DNA of 64,000 nt, taken from positions 1,120,001 through 1,184,000 of the forward strand of contig OY764216.1 of the NCBI GenBank assembly GCA_963668315.1, given 5' to 3'. The notes beneath the pieces are model-generated. The model ran no database searches and was not told where the DNA came from. It was given only the letters and a program-made list of their open reading frames with translations. The position numbers and the translations under genes were made by a program. Shown here piece by piece: positions 39,092 through 48,947 of the stretch (the first letter of the stretch is position 1; every line of letters begins with the position of its first letter). Source of the DNA: Spirochaetia bacterium. Lineage in GTDB: Bacteria > Spirochaetota > Spirochaetia > DSM-2461.

Positions 39092-40623
39092 AGGTTGTCG
39101 TAGTACAGCCTTCCCTTGAAGATTTCTATACGACCCCCCATCGTCTATCGGCGATGGGGGGCTTTTCAATTAAGGCGCTTCTTGAAAAGCAGGGCCATTC
39201 GGTAACCCTGTTGAATTTTCCCCTTATCCCCAAAAAACCCCGGCGTAAACCGCTGCCCGAATGGGCTGGGCACCTTACCCCCCATCTCCTGGAGGAAAAG
39301 GGGCCCGTAAGCTATTTTTCCCGATGGTATCGCTGGGGGGCCGAGCCGGAAGAAGCCGCCCGCCTTATCCATGATGAAAATCCCGGGCTCATCCTTATCT
39401 CCCTTTTCGCCCATGCCTATGGTGAAGAAGTTTTTTCCCTGGCCCGGGCGTGCAAGGCTTTTACCGGCGATAAGGACTCCGTTCCAGTCTTTGCCGGAGG
39501 AGCCGGCGTGACTGTCCGGCCTGAACTGTTTACAGTTGATCCGCATATAGATCTTGTCCTGGCCGGGGAAGGGGAAGTGCTTTTTAAGGATTACTCTTTG
39601 GCCGAGTTGATCCTTATGGCAGGAAAGGGAAAGAGACTGATTCGGGCCGATCGCTACTGTTCCTCCGATGAAATGGTTCCTCTCTTCTCCGTTACGGGAG
39701 GGGGAAAGACCCATGTTCAGGCCGCCTCTCTCCTCTCCCGGGGCTGCCCGAGGGGCTGCCGTTTCTGTTCTAACCGCCTGACCCAGGGAGAGCGGGTCAG
39801 AAGGCTGGACGAAGAAACTGTTCTTGAGGGTTTTGAATGCCTTCTCCGCAGCCCTCAGTTAGGAAGAGAAAAAAAGCTGACCCTGGACCTGGAAGATGAC
39901 AATCTGCTGATGAACAAACAATATTTCCTCCGTCTTCTCCGGGAGTTCAGAAAACGCTGGGTTAGCGACGGGCGTCCGGAAGAAAATTTGTTCTTTACGG
40001 CGGAGAACGGCATGGATTATGAACTTCTGACACGGGAAATACTGGAGGAACTGGTTTCTTCTGGTTTCCGGCAGTTCAATTTTTCCCTGGCATCGGCCGA
40101 TAAGAAACTTCTGGCCCGGGAAAATCGCTTTTTCCACCCCGGGAAACTGGGGGAGCATCTGGACTATCTGAAGCAAGGGAGTATTCCGTCGGTAACCTAT
40201 TTTATCTGCGGTCTGGAAGGAGACTCAAGAGAATCCGCGGCGGAAGCCCTTTTTCTGCTCGATTCCCTACCGACAAGGCTGGGTATCTCTCTGTTTTATC
40301 CCGTTCCCGGACTGGAAGGCTTTACCGGCACTGACCCCCTCAAGGGAAATCCTCCGGGGCTGGCCAGGGGAAGCATGGCTTATCCCTGGAACGGTTCTCT
40401 CTCTACTCTAACCCTTGTGACAGCCTTCAGGCTCTCCCGTTTCATCAACCTGCTCAAGGATGAAAGAGCCTTTAGGGACCATGGTGATTTGATTGACCTG
40501 ATACGCAGAGAGAATAGGCTTTATACCTATGACCTTCAGGGAAAAAAAATCCCCGTACCTGAACAGGACGGGGAACTTGTCTCACTTGTGCTGGGAAGTC
40601 TTACTTATCAACGAAGCTGTTAA
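39088..40623 (+). CDS. Cobalamin-binding radical SAM protein
   Basis: B12-binding-like region (FAGGAGVT, VLAGEGE) and SRGCPRGCRFC CxxxCxxC; ATGA overlap with the LysM gene. Confidence 0.82.
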   Translation: MKVVVVQPSLEDFYTTPHRLSAMGGFSIKALLEKQGHSVTLLNFPLIPKKPRRKPLPEWAGHLTPHLLEEKGPVSYFSRWYRWGAEPEEAARLIHDENPGLILISLFAHAYGEEVFSLARACKAFTGDKDSVPVFAGGAGVTVRPELFTVDPHIDLVLAGEGEVLFKDYSLAELILMAGKGKRLIRADRYCSSDEMVPLFSVTGGGKTHVQAASLLSRGCPRGCRFCSNRLTQGERVRRLDEETVLEGFECLLRSPQLGREKKLTLDLEDDNLLMNKQYFLRLLREFRKRWVSDGRPEENLFFTAENGMDYELLTREILEELVSSGFRQFNFSLASADKKLLARENRFFHPGKLGEHLDYLKQGSIPSVTYFICGLEGDSRESAAEALFLLDSLPTRLGISLFYPVPGLEGFTGTDPLKGNPPGLARGSMAYPWNGSLSTLTLVTAFRLSRFINLLKDERAFRDHGDLIDLIRRENRLYTYDLQGKKIPVPEQDGELVSLVLGSLTYQRSC

Positions 40624-41650
40624 GGTAGGAGTTGAACTGCCTTCCGAACTCCTTGTTAATCGTCTTTTTCACATCGGTATTTACCCGGGACAGGGCGGCC
40701 GATTCCGACGTGGAGGCGGAGATGTCGCTCTCATTTACCGAGAGAATCACATTACCCTTCTCGTCGACAATATCTATCACCAGATACCATTTGAAGTTTT
40801 CATAATCGTTACTGCGGGCCACTTTTTCCGTCCGCACCGAACCTTTGACCGCGATATCTCCGCCCGGGGAAACGGAAAAGCCCATATCCGTCAGAGATTC
40901 GGACAGAACCGATGCGGCGTTTCCGCCGTCGTCCCCTTCAAACTCCATCCGAAAGGACATATCTCCTGCGGCGTCGGTCCTATTGTCTCTCAGGGATTGA
41001 AGATCATAACCCATTCCGGCCACGCGGGCGGCGGAGGGTGAGATAATCTCCAGCTGCTCCCTCATGACCTCATTGCCCATGGCTATGATATAGGCCGAAT
41101 CGTAGTAGGCGTAGCGGGAGAGTTTCGAGTCGGCCTTGTCTCCGTTGGAAATAAGCCGGTTGAGAACCTGGGACTGCTCATTCATTCTGGATTTGTAAAG
41201 GTCCGCCGTCTCTTTGCGGTTCAGATAGGCGGCGACGATAACAGTACCCATGCTGTCCGTCCAGGACTCGCCGTATTTCATATTCATCAGCGTCTGGTCA
41301 CTCAGCTGGGAAATCTTATCGGTGACCGAGGTTTCCTCCGTGCTTCCCGCAAAAGCACCGGATGCCCGCATTTCCACAAAGCGGCTCTCCACGGTACTGT
41401 CCACGACTATGCGGCTCTCGAATATCAGGGCCATATTGGATGCCGCCTTGGCCTGGGCCTTTGAAAGGCTGTCGCCATCACCGAGCACGGCAAGGTACTC
41501 GTCTTCGGGATAGGCGGAATGGATATCGGTTACCCAGTCGGGCTGCTTTCCCTTGCTGCCGGAGGATGATCCGGAAGCCGAAGGGGATGATGCGCATCCC
41601 GCCAGTAATAAGATCAGGAGCAGCGCTCCCGGTATGATTGCGTTTTTCAT
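40601..41650 (-). CDS. LPP20-family lipoprotein
   Basis: Lipobox LLAGC, QPDWV...YLAVLGDG...AQAKAASNMA. Confidence 0.78.
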   Translation of the reverse strand: MKNAIIPGALLLILLLAGCASSPSASGSSSGSKGKQPDWVTDIHSAYPEDEYLAVLGDGDSLSKAQAKAASNMALIFESRIVVDSTVESRFVEMRASGAFAGSTEETSVTDKISQLSDQTLMNMKYGESWTDSMGTVIVAAYLNRKETADLYKSRMNEQSQVLNRLISNGDKADSKLSRYAYYDSAYIIAMGNEVMREQLEIISPSAARVAGMGYDLQSLRDNRTDAAGDMSFRMEFEGDDGGNAASVLSESLTDMGFSVSPGGDIAVKGSVRTEKVARSNDYENFKWYLVIDIVDEKGNVILSVNESDISASTSESAALSRVNTDVKKTINKEFGRQFNSYLNSFVDK

Positions 41651-41664
41651 TGTCACTACCTCGC

Positions 41665-43089
41665 TTAAAACATATGGACCGATTCTAAAATCGAATTGTA
41701 ACGGTTGATCTCTCTTCCCCCGATCGGATCTGTGAAGACAAGGGAACCGTTATTATAATATTCCACACGAAAATCATAAAACCCCGGTTCCAGATAAAAT
41801 TCTCCCGTGTAGGCTCTGGCGGGAAAGAAATTGGAAACCCTGAGATCGGCGTTTTCCGTGGCATCCACCGCCACATCGGTGGCTACTCCCATGGCCAGTT
41901 TGAGGAGTTCTCCTCCCAGCCCGCCGACTTGATCATCGATGATGGAATTCGTCGCCGACTGCCCCACCTCTTTCGCCACTCCCTTCACAATAGCCCGGGT
42001 TACGGTTTTTCCGATGATGAGGGGAAGTTCATTGGCAAATGTCGTCTGGGCCACCAGTTCAATATCTTCGGTCAGTCCCAGTTCGCCGACGAGGGTATCG
42101 TTGGCATAAACCCGAATCCCGTCGATATCGATCCCCCTGTCGAACATTTTGGGAAACTGGAGCTTCATGTGGAATCCGTAGCTGAGTCCGGGAACGATCA
42201 TGCCGTTGATGTCGGAGATGCTCCTCAGGTAGTCCTCCTCCCCCTGATCCACGGTGGTGAAGAAGAGGGAGTTCGCCGATGAATCGACATAGTAGGTTAC
42301 GGATTTTTTTCCCGGGGACTGGCCTGTAAAGGCGAAGACGTTCACCGGGACTGCCGTTCCCCCGGCCGGACGGGCGTCGGGAGGAAGGCCCATGGGGAAG
42401 GGGTAGAGAAGAGGCTGGCTCAGATAGGACATATTAAAATAGTCCCTATCGATCCGGGCGTCATCGTAATCGCCCATGGCCCGGTAGAGAATCACTCCCA
42501 GGTATCGTGCCAGGGCATTGTTGTGGAACTCGTTGGTAATTTTTTTTACCTGAGCCTGGGTGTCCTCTCCGCTCCGGCTGTATTCATCATACATGGCGTC
42601 ATATTTATCCTGCAGGAAATCCATCTTGTTGTTCAGTCTTCTGACTTCCACCAGGGCGCTTTCCGGATCTTCCAGGGCTGCGTAGTTGAGGGCTTTGAAT
42701 ACATTGATATAGAGATCTTCATAAATCTCTCCATCATAGTCTTTCGCGTTATCGTTCAAGACCGCCGATCCTATGGATTTGGAAATACTGTTGGTATAGA
42801 GTTCCTCCATGGCGAACTCCGCTTCACTCAGGGCCGTATTGCTCTCTTCGTAGCGGCCGGCGTAGTGATAAAGCATACCCACGTCCAGATAGTAGAGCAC
42901 CCGCTCTTTCTCTTTATAGACCGTTCCCTTTGCTTCTTCAATGACAGCCGCCGCGGCATCGAAATTTCTCTGTTTGACATAGGCTTCCGATTCTACATAC
43001 TGCGTCTGTGTCGTCATTGTGCTGGCGCAGGACATCAGCATGAGAATAACGGCCCCCGCCGGAAGAATCTTTCGGCCAGCTTTTACCAT
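41665..43089 (-). CDS. COG3014-like TPR lipoprotein
   Basis: Lipobox LMSC, LYYLDVGMLYHYAG, YDGEIYEDLYINVFKALNY, ENADLR; start 43089 preferred. Confidence 0.75.
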   Translation of the reverse strand: MVKAGRKILPAGAVILMLMSCASTMTTQTQYVESEAYVKQRNFDAAAAVIEEAKGTVYKEKERVLYYLDVGMLYHYAGRYEESNTALSEAEFAMEELYTNSISKSIGSAVLNDNAKDYDGEIYEDLYINVFKALNYAALEDPESALVEVRRLNNKMDFLQDKYDAMYDEYSRSGEDTQAQVKKITNEFHNNALARYLGVILYRAMGDYDDARIDRDYFNMSYLSQPLLYPFPMGLPPDARPAGGTAVPVNVFAFTGQSPGKKSVTYYVDSSANSLFFTTVDQGEEDYLRSISDINGMIVPGLSYGFHMKLQFPKMFDRGIDIDGIRVYANDTLVGELGLTEDIELVAQTTFANELPLIIGKTVTRAIVKGVAKEVGQSATNSIIDDQVGGLGGELLKLAMGVATDVAVDATENADLRVSNFFPARAYTGEFYLEPGFYDFRVEYYNNGSLVFTDPIGGREINRYNSILESVHMF

Positions 43090-43691
43090 GAGTTCTTCGC
43101 CCGCTCTATAAACTTCTTGATATCCTTGGAATCGATCCATACCTTCTCATTGCTCTCTATGTCTATCAATTCCATATCAACCGTATAGAGGACGACTTTC
43201 TTTCCCTCCGCCTGATCGGTCTGGGTGGTGAAAACGCCGGTAAGCATGTAATCGGCTCCCGTTTCGGCCGCCAGGGCCGCCATGGTCTCCTCGGTGGCAT
43301 TCCCCTGCTGGTCCAGTTTCTCTTCCCGGAGCTGCAGTCTCTCTTCCGAACTGGCGACAAAGGAAACCTCGCCGCTGTTGACCAGTTCTCTTTCAATATC
43401 CTTTGTGAAAGTCCTTGTCTCGATGTGTTCGGAACTTCTATTGCTGATGTATCCGACGATGACAACAGGATCGCGTCCTTCCTCATCGCGGAACCTTCCC
43501 AGCCATCGGCTGTTCAGGAGGCTGTCTATCATTGTTTCCGCTACCAGACGGGAATCCGTATCATTCCAGCGGCCGCTCAGATCCACCACTTCATCGGTGG
43601 CTATACGGCTTACGGAGGTGCTGGTTGTGGCACAGCTTCCCAGAAGGGCGGTTATCATTATAATCAGTAGTGGCAGGGTTCTGCTATTCAT
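43083..43691 (-). CDS. lpoB: LpoB-like (PBP activator family) lipoprotein
   Basis: Lipobox LGSC, DLSGRWNDTD, NRSSEHIET, GADYML; start 43691 with SD GAGGAG. Confidence 0.75.
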   Translation of the reverse strand: MNSRTLPLLIIMITALLGSCATTSTSVSRIATDEVVDLSGRWNDTDSRLVAETMIDSLLNSRWLGRFRDEEGRDPVVIVGYISNRSSEHIETRTFTKDIERELVNSGEVSFVASSEERLQLREEKLDQQGNATEETMAALAAETGADYMLTGVFTTQTDQAEGKKVVLYTVDMELIDIESNEKVWIDSKDIKKFIERAKNSW

Positions 43692-43837
43692 GGCTCGACT
43701 CCTCATTTTTTTGGGCATAATTCTACTTCTATTCTACATCATTAATGTAACAATTGCTAAAGCCATTTCTGTTCAAACTTCTTTTTTTTAAAAAAAGTCC
43801 CCTTGCTATAGGTATTTTTCCCGTTTAGAATATGTCC

Positions 43838-44857
43838 ATGACCATAGAGGGAAAAGAGTATAGAACCGTCTGGTTCGAGGAAGGGGCTGTCTGTTTGTTA
43901 AATCAGCCTCTCCTGCCCCATAAAGTCGAGGTGGTCCGCTATACCGATTACCGCGAGGTAGCGGCCGCGATCGGCCATATGGTCGTCCGCGGAGCTCCGG
44001 CTATCGGGGCGACGGGAGCCTACGCCATGGCTCTGGCCGCGGAAAAAGGGGTAGATATCGAGGAAGCCGCCCGGACCATCGGCCGGTCGCGCCCGACAGC
44101 ACAGGATCTGTTTTACGGGATAGAGCGAGTTCTCGCCGCGGTCAAAGGGGGGCAGAATGCTCTGGACGAGGCGGAACGCATTGCCGAAGAGTATGTCTCG
44201 GCTTGCGAAAGGATCGGGGAATACGGTGCTGAACTGATACGGGACGGTATGAGGCTGAACACCCACTGCAATGCCGGATGGCTGGCTACCGTGGACTGGG
44301 GAACCGCTCTGGCCCCCATATTTAAAGCGGCCCGTCAGGGGAAAGAGCTGTATGTATACGTGGACGAAACCCGGCCGAGATGTCAGGGCAGCCGCCTTAC
44401 CGCTTTCGAGCTGGTCCAGGAGGGAATCCCCCATGCGGTTATCGCCGATAACGCGGCGGGGTATTTCATGGCCCGCGGGGAGATTGATATGGTTATCGTG
44501 GGAAGCGACAGAATCGCCGCCAACGGGGATATCGCCAATAAGGTAGGCACCTATACCAGCGCTCTCGCGGCACGGGCCAACGGAATCCCCTTTTATGTGG
44601 CAGCCCCGTTTGCCACGATTGACGGGAACTGCTCCTGCGGCGGTGAGATTCCCATCGAAGAGAGAAGCGGTGATGAGGTCGCCTATGCGACGGGACTCTC
44701 CGAAAGGAGCGGTAGTGTTGAACGGGTGAGAATCGCTCCCCGGGGCAGTTCATTCCGCAATCCCGCCTTTGATGTGACTCCCGCGGAACTGATTACAGGG
44801 ATCATTACGGAAAAAGGGGTTATCAGCCCCAAGGATATCGGACGGCATATTTCATGA
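43838..44857 (+). CDS. mtnA: S-methyl-5-thioribose-1-phosphate isomerase
   Basis: VRGAPAIG, THCNAGWLAT, DETRP, GSDRIAANGD, NPAFDVTP; start 43838 inferred from promoter geometry. Confidence 0.92.
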   Translation: MTIEGKEYRTVWFEEGAVCLLNQPLLPHKVEVVRYTDYREVAAAIGHMVVRGAPAIGATGAYAMALAAEKGVDIEEAARTIGRSRPTAQDLFYGIERVLAAVKGGQNALDEAERIAEEYVSACERIGEYGAELIRDGMRLNTHCNAGWLATVDWGTALAPIFKAARQGKELYVYVDETRPRCQGSRLTAFELVQEGIPHAVIADNAAGYFMARGEIDMVIVGSDRIAANGDIANKVGTYTSALAARANGIPFYVAAPFATIDGNCSCGGEIPIEERSGDEVAYATGLSERSGSVERVRIAPRGSSFRNPAFDVTPAELITGIITEKGVISPKDIGRHIS

Positions 44858-45651
44858 AGATACTGTTTATTGGAGACATTGTGGGAAAGGGAGGAATCTT
44901 TACCGTTAAGAACCTTCTGCCTGCTTTGAAGAAAGAGAAGGGCATTGATTTTACCATCGCCCACTGTAACGGAACAACCGGCGGTTTCGGTATGGGACGG
45001 AATCATGCCGTCTACCTGCATAAGCTGGATGTAAACTGCATGACATCGGGAGAGTGCGTTTATTACAAGAAGGATATCGTGCCCTTCATCGGAAAGTCGT
45101 TCTTTCTTTTGAAGCCGGCGAATCTCCCGACGGGAACTCCCGGGCGGGGATGGTCCTTTTTCAGCGTGGGCGGCAGGAAGCTTGCCGTCATATCCATGCT
45201 GGGACAGAACGGCTACAACAAGATGCACACGAACAATCCCTTTACCTATATTCCTGATCTTATTGAGAGGATCAATCAGCAGACCCCGCTGGTCATATTC
45301 AATTTCAACGCCCTGACCACGGCGGAGAAACAGACCATGTTTCAGCTCATGGACGGAAAAATCGGCGCCGTGATAGGCTCGGGGTCACGCGCCCTGACGG
45401 CCGACGGGGGCGTGAGCGGGAAGGGAACGGCTTTTATTACCGATGCGGGCCGTACGGGAAGCCTGCTCTCCGTCGCCGGACTTGACCGGGAGATCGAGAT
45501 TCGCAAGCAGCTGACACAGATTCCCGAAAGGTCCGTTGATTCAACTGCCTCCCTTGAGCTTCAGGGCGTGGTGATTGAGCTTGACGATGATACGGGGAAA
45601 GCATTATCTTTAGAAACACTGCGCATTCCATGCGAGGAGGAGATGTCATGA
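44854..45651 (+). CDS. YmdB/TIGR00282-like metallophosphoesterase fold, degenerate active site
   Basis: MKILFIGDIVGK, GGFG, KPANLP...PGRG, TAFITDAGRTG; several metal ligands replaced. Confidence 0.82.
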   Translation: MKILFIGDIVGKGGIFTVKNLLPALKKEKGIDFTIAHCNGTTGGFGMGRNHAVYLHKLDVNCMTSGECVYYKKDIVPFIGKSFFLLKPANLPTGTPGRGWSFFSVGGRKLAVISMLGQNGYNKMHTNNPFTYIPDLIERINQQTPLVIFNFNALTTAEKQTMFQLMDGKIGAVIGSGSRALTADGGVSGKGTAFITDAGRTGSLLSVAGLDREIEIRKQLTQIPERSVDSTASLELQGVVIELDDDTGKALSLETLRIPCEEEMS

Positions 45652-46115
45652 TAAATTTTGCCCGGGTCGTTGAGTTAGGTGAAGACGGCCTGGTTTATGC
45701 ACGTTATATGAAACCGATGAGTCCCAAGGCCGCCACGTCCCGGAAGTTCTGGAAAGTGAAAGAGAGGTCTTTCCCCGTGGAGAATCCCAACGGGGACAGC
45801 GTGAAGATAGGCGATTACGTGGAGATAAGCATCAAGACAGGGCTGACCATCGGAGCCGCTTTCCTGGTTTTTATGGTTCCCCTTATACTTTTCGCCGCTT
45901 TTTACGGTATTGCCGGTTCCTTCTGGGAAGGTGAAGGTCTCCGCGCCCTGGCCGGTCTGGCCGGCCTGGCCCTGGGGCTTGTCCTTCCCGCCTTCATTAA
46001 TCTGCTGAAGAAGGAGAAGAACTATCCCCGGCTGGAAAAGGTGCTGACTCCGGAGCAGCTGAGGGAGAAGGTCGCCTGCGAGACCGACTGCGCCTCCTGC
46101 GGCGGATGCGGTTAA
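45648..46115 (+). CDS. RseC/MucC-like membrane protein with a C-terminal Cys cluster
   Basis: VKIGDYVEI...AAFLVFMVPL, two TMs; C-terminal CETDCASCGGCG; start 45648 with SD GAGGAGG. Confidence 0.65.
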   Translation: MINFARVVELGEDGLVYARYMKPMSPKAATSRKFWKVKERSFPVENPNGDSVKIGDYVEISIKTGLTIGAAFLVFMVPLILFAAFYGIAGSFWEGEGLRALAGLAGLALGLVLPAFINLLKKEKNYPRLEKVLTPEQLREKVACETDCASCGGCG

Positions 46116-47239
46116 CAACGGGCCAGTTCGTTTAGTCTCCTTGCCATATTGTTCAGGGAGACTACCTCACAGATATTATTGTTTTCTATGGCAACCCGGG
46201 GCATTCCGAACACAACGGAGGACGCTTCGTCCTGGGCCAGGGTTATGCCTCCGCTCTTATAAATCCCCCCGATTTCTGCGGCTCCGTCACGGCCCATCCC
46301 CGTCATAATGACGGCTATACAGTTGCCCCCGTAATTTTTCGCCACCGACTCGAAGAGGACGCCCGCCGAAGGCTTGTGACCGTTTTGAGGCGGCGCATCG
46401 GACAGGGAAACGATCGAGGCCAGTTTTCTTTTCTCCACTTCCACATGCTTGTCGCCCGGAGCGATGAGGATCCTGCCCGGTTTGAGAATGTCCCCGTGCT
46501 GGGCTTCCTTGACTTCCAGGGGGGAAATCTTATTAAGGCTGTTGGCAAACTCCTTCGTGAAGCCGACCGGCATATGCTGGACGACGACGATGGGGAGGTT
46601 CATACGGGGGGAGATCTGGGCAAACACCTGGCGGAGAGCATTCGGCCCTCCCGTAGATATTCCCAGGGCTATCAGCTCGGGTGTTCCCCTAACGGAGGAC
46701 ATGTCTCTGACACCTTCCGTCCCGTCTGCTTTTTTTTCCGGTTCCCTGACAGGAAAAGACGTGGATGAGATGGTCTCGTGGACGGGAAGGGGTTTTGTTT
46801 CCCTCACGGGAATATGGCCCACCCGCTTACGGTAATTCTTGCCGTAAGCCTTCAGGAGAGTTATTAACTGGGTTCCGATTTCCCGGAGTTCATCCGGGCC
46901 GTTTCCCTGGGGTTTCGTGATAAAGTCGGATGCTCCGTGCGACAGGGCTTCCATGGTGACCGCCGCACCTTCCTTGGCATGGGCCGAGAGGACGATAACC
47001 GGAATATCCACTTCTTCCTCTTCGCGCCATTTGAGAAATTCAATGCCGTTCATCTCCGGCATCTCCAGGTCTGTGACGATCACTTCGGGCATGAGCATGG
47101 GGATTTTCTGGGTGGCGAAGCGGCCGTTCATGGCAACGCCGACCACTTCCAGTTCCTCATCACTGGAAATTATTTTTTTGAGCATATTCCTCATCAGGGC
47201 GGAATCATCTACCACCAGAACTGACAGGGGTTTGGACAT
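46112..47239 (-). CDS. cheB: Chemotaxis response regulator protein-glutamate methylesterase
   Basis: Receiver VVDDS...DLEMP; GISTGGP, VQHMP, MTGMGRDGA. Confidence 0.95.
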   Translation of the reverse strand: MSKPLSVLVVDDSALMRNMLKKIISSDEELEVVGVAMNGRFATQKIPMLMPEVIVTDLEMPEMNGIEFLKWREEEEVDIPVIVLSAHAKEGAAVTMEALSHGASDFITKPQGNGPDELREIGTQLITLLKAYGKNYRKRVGHIPVRETKPLPVHETISSTSFPVREPEKKADGTEGVRDMSSVRGTPELIALGISTGGPNALRQVFAQISPRMNLPIVVVQHMPVGFTKEFANSLNKISPLEVKEAQHGDILKPGRILIAPGDKHVEVEKRKLASIVSLSDAPPQNGHKPSAGVLFESVAKNYGGNCIAVIMTGMGRDGAAEIGGIYKSGGITLAQDEASSVVFGMPRVAIENNNICEVVSLNNMARRLNELARC

Positions 47240-47251
47240 CTATCTTCCTTC

Positions 47252-48073
47252 CTATTTAAGCATTTTGCCGTAGAGGCAAGCCCAATCAGTCTTAATGAAT
47301 TTAAACTGAGTGTCCATCCCGAAAAGGGATTCGGAGTGGCCGATAAAGAGATAGGAGTGTTCCGTCATGACTTTCCAGAACTGATCTACCACATTCTTCT
47401 GGGCGGCTTCGTCGAAATAAATAAGCACATTTCGGCAAAAAACGCAATCCACGTTTCTCTGTCCGCTGTCGTATTTGAGATTGTGATAATCGAAACGTAT
47501 ATGTTTTTTCAAATCATCGATGACCGTATAGTTCTCACCCTGCTTGGTAAAATACTTCTTCAGGTACTGTTCGGGTACATTTCTTACCATATTGGTATTG
47601 TAGGTTCCCATTTGCGCCTTCATAAGAGATTTAAGGCTGAGGTCTGAGGCTATTATGGTAAAGTCATAACCGGGAGGAAGATATTCCTTCAGCACCATGG
47701 CGTTGGTATAGGGCTCTTCTCCCGTTGAACAGCCGGCGCTCCAGAATATCAGTTTTTTTTCCAGGCCGTTTGCTTTTTTGTATTCGACAAGGTCGGGTAT
47801 GACATAATTGATAAAGGCATCATAATGGGCCTGATTCCTGAAAAAACGGGTCAGGTTCGTCGTTATGGAATCCAGGAAATTCCTTGTTTCTCCTTCGTCT
47901 TTTTTCAGCATATCGAAGTATTCACGCGGGGTCTCAATCTGATGCTGTCTTAGTCTTTCCTTCAGACGGCTTTCGAGAATGGAGCGGTTGGAATCGGAGA
48001 AACTTATTCCGCTCTGCTCATATATGTAATCCCTGTAGAGAGAGAACATGGTGTTATCAAAAAAATCTGCCAT
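47252..48073 (-). CDS. cheR: Chemotaxis protein-glutamate methyltransferase
   Basis: TTNLTRFFR, WSAGCSTGEEPY, FCRNVLIYFD, GHSESL. Confidence 0.95.
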   Translation of the reverse strand: MADFFDNTMFSLYRDYIYEQSGISFSDSNRSILESRLKERLRQHQIETPREYFDMLKKDEGETRNFLDSITTNLTRFFRNQAHYDAFINYVIPDLVEYKKANGLEKKLIFWSAGCSTGEEPYTNAMVLKEYLPPGYDFTIIASDLSLKSLMKAQMGTYNTNMVRNVPEQYLKKYFTKQGENYTVIDDLKKHIRFDYHNLKYDSGQRNVDCVFCRNVLIYFDEAAQKNVVDQFWKVMTEHSYLFIGHSESLFGMDTQFKFIKTDWACLYGKMLK

Positions 48074-48133
48074 CCCTTCTTTCCTTAATAGTTATTTGCG
48101 GGTTGATTTTTCGCATTATTGATCTGTATATAA

Positions 48134-48163
48134 ATTGTAATGTCTTCCATAGGGCCGTGTCAA
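48134..48163 (-). promoter_or_regulatory. Sigma70-type promoter of cheRB
   Basis: TTGACA-18 nt-TACAAT. Confidence 0.6.
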
Positions 48164-48182
48164 ATCTATTTTTGCAGGGGAA

Positions 48183-48947
48183 TTAAGAAAAACGGGAGAG
48201 AATCTTCTCAAGTGAGAGATCACCGCCGAAGATATCAAGGGCGGACCCGACCGTGAAATCGATATTTCCCTTCCCTATGGCACTGATTTTTTCTATATCT
48301 TCCAGAGAGCCTATACCGCCCGCATAGGTGACGGGGAGGTTGCCTTCCCGGGCCAGAAGCGCCACTAGATCTTCCTCTATGCCGCATCTTGTTCCTTCCA
48401 CATCCACGCCGTGAATGAGAAACTCATCGCAGAAGGAGGTCAGTTCGCCCATACCTTCCGGTGTCAGGGCGAAATCGGTAAAAGTCTGCCAGCGATCGGT
48501 CACGACAACCCATTTGTCCTCTTTTTTCCGGCAGCTCAGATCAATCACCAGGCGTTCCTTTCCGGTCAGACGGCTGAAGTCTTCCAGCTCTTTCCAGTCC
48601 AGCCGCCCGTCGCGGAACAGCGCGGACGTTACTATCACGTGGGAGGCGCCGGCCTCCAGCCAGTCCAGGGCATTGTCACGGGTTATGCCCCCCCCTATCT
48701 GTAGTCCGCCGGGCCAGGCTTCCAAGGCTTTCCGGGCCTGGGCGTCGTTACCCGGGCCCAGCTTGATGACGTGCCCCCCGGTGAGATTTTTTTCTTTATA
48801 GAGAGAAGCGTACCAGGAAGCGTCCTTGTCGGAGACGAAGTTCTCCCTCGCCGAACCGGACTCCCCCTCAGAACCGTCCTGGAGAGTGCCTCCCACGATC
48901 TGTTTGACGCGGCCTCCGTGGAGGTCTATACAGGGTCTGAATTTCAT
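48183..48947 (-). CDS. hisA: ProFAR isomerase, eukaryote (His6)-type
   Basis: FRPCIDLHGGRVKQIVGGTL, ENFVS, GGHVIKLG, DLSCR, WQTFT, EFLIHGVDVEG, VGSALDIFGG. Confidence 0.9.
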   Translation of the reverse strand: MKFRPCIDLHGGRVKQIVGGTLQDGSEGESGSARENFVSDKDASWYASLYKEKNLTGGHVIKLGPGNDAQARKALEAWPGGLQIGGGITRDNALDWLEAGASHVIVTSALFRDGRLDWKELEDFSRLTGKERLVIDLSCRKKEDKWVVVTDRWQTFTDFALTPEGMGELTSFCDEFLIHGVDVEGTRCGIEEDLVALLAREGNLPVTYAGGIGSLEDIEKISAIGKGNIDFTVGSALDIFGGDLSLEKILSRFS

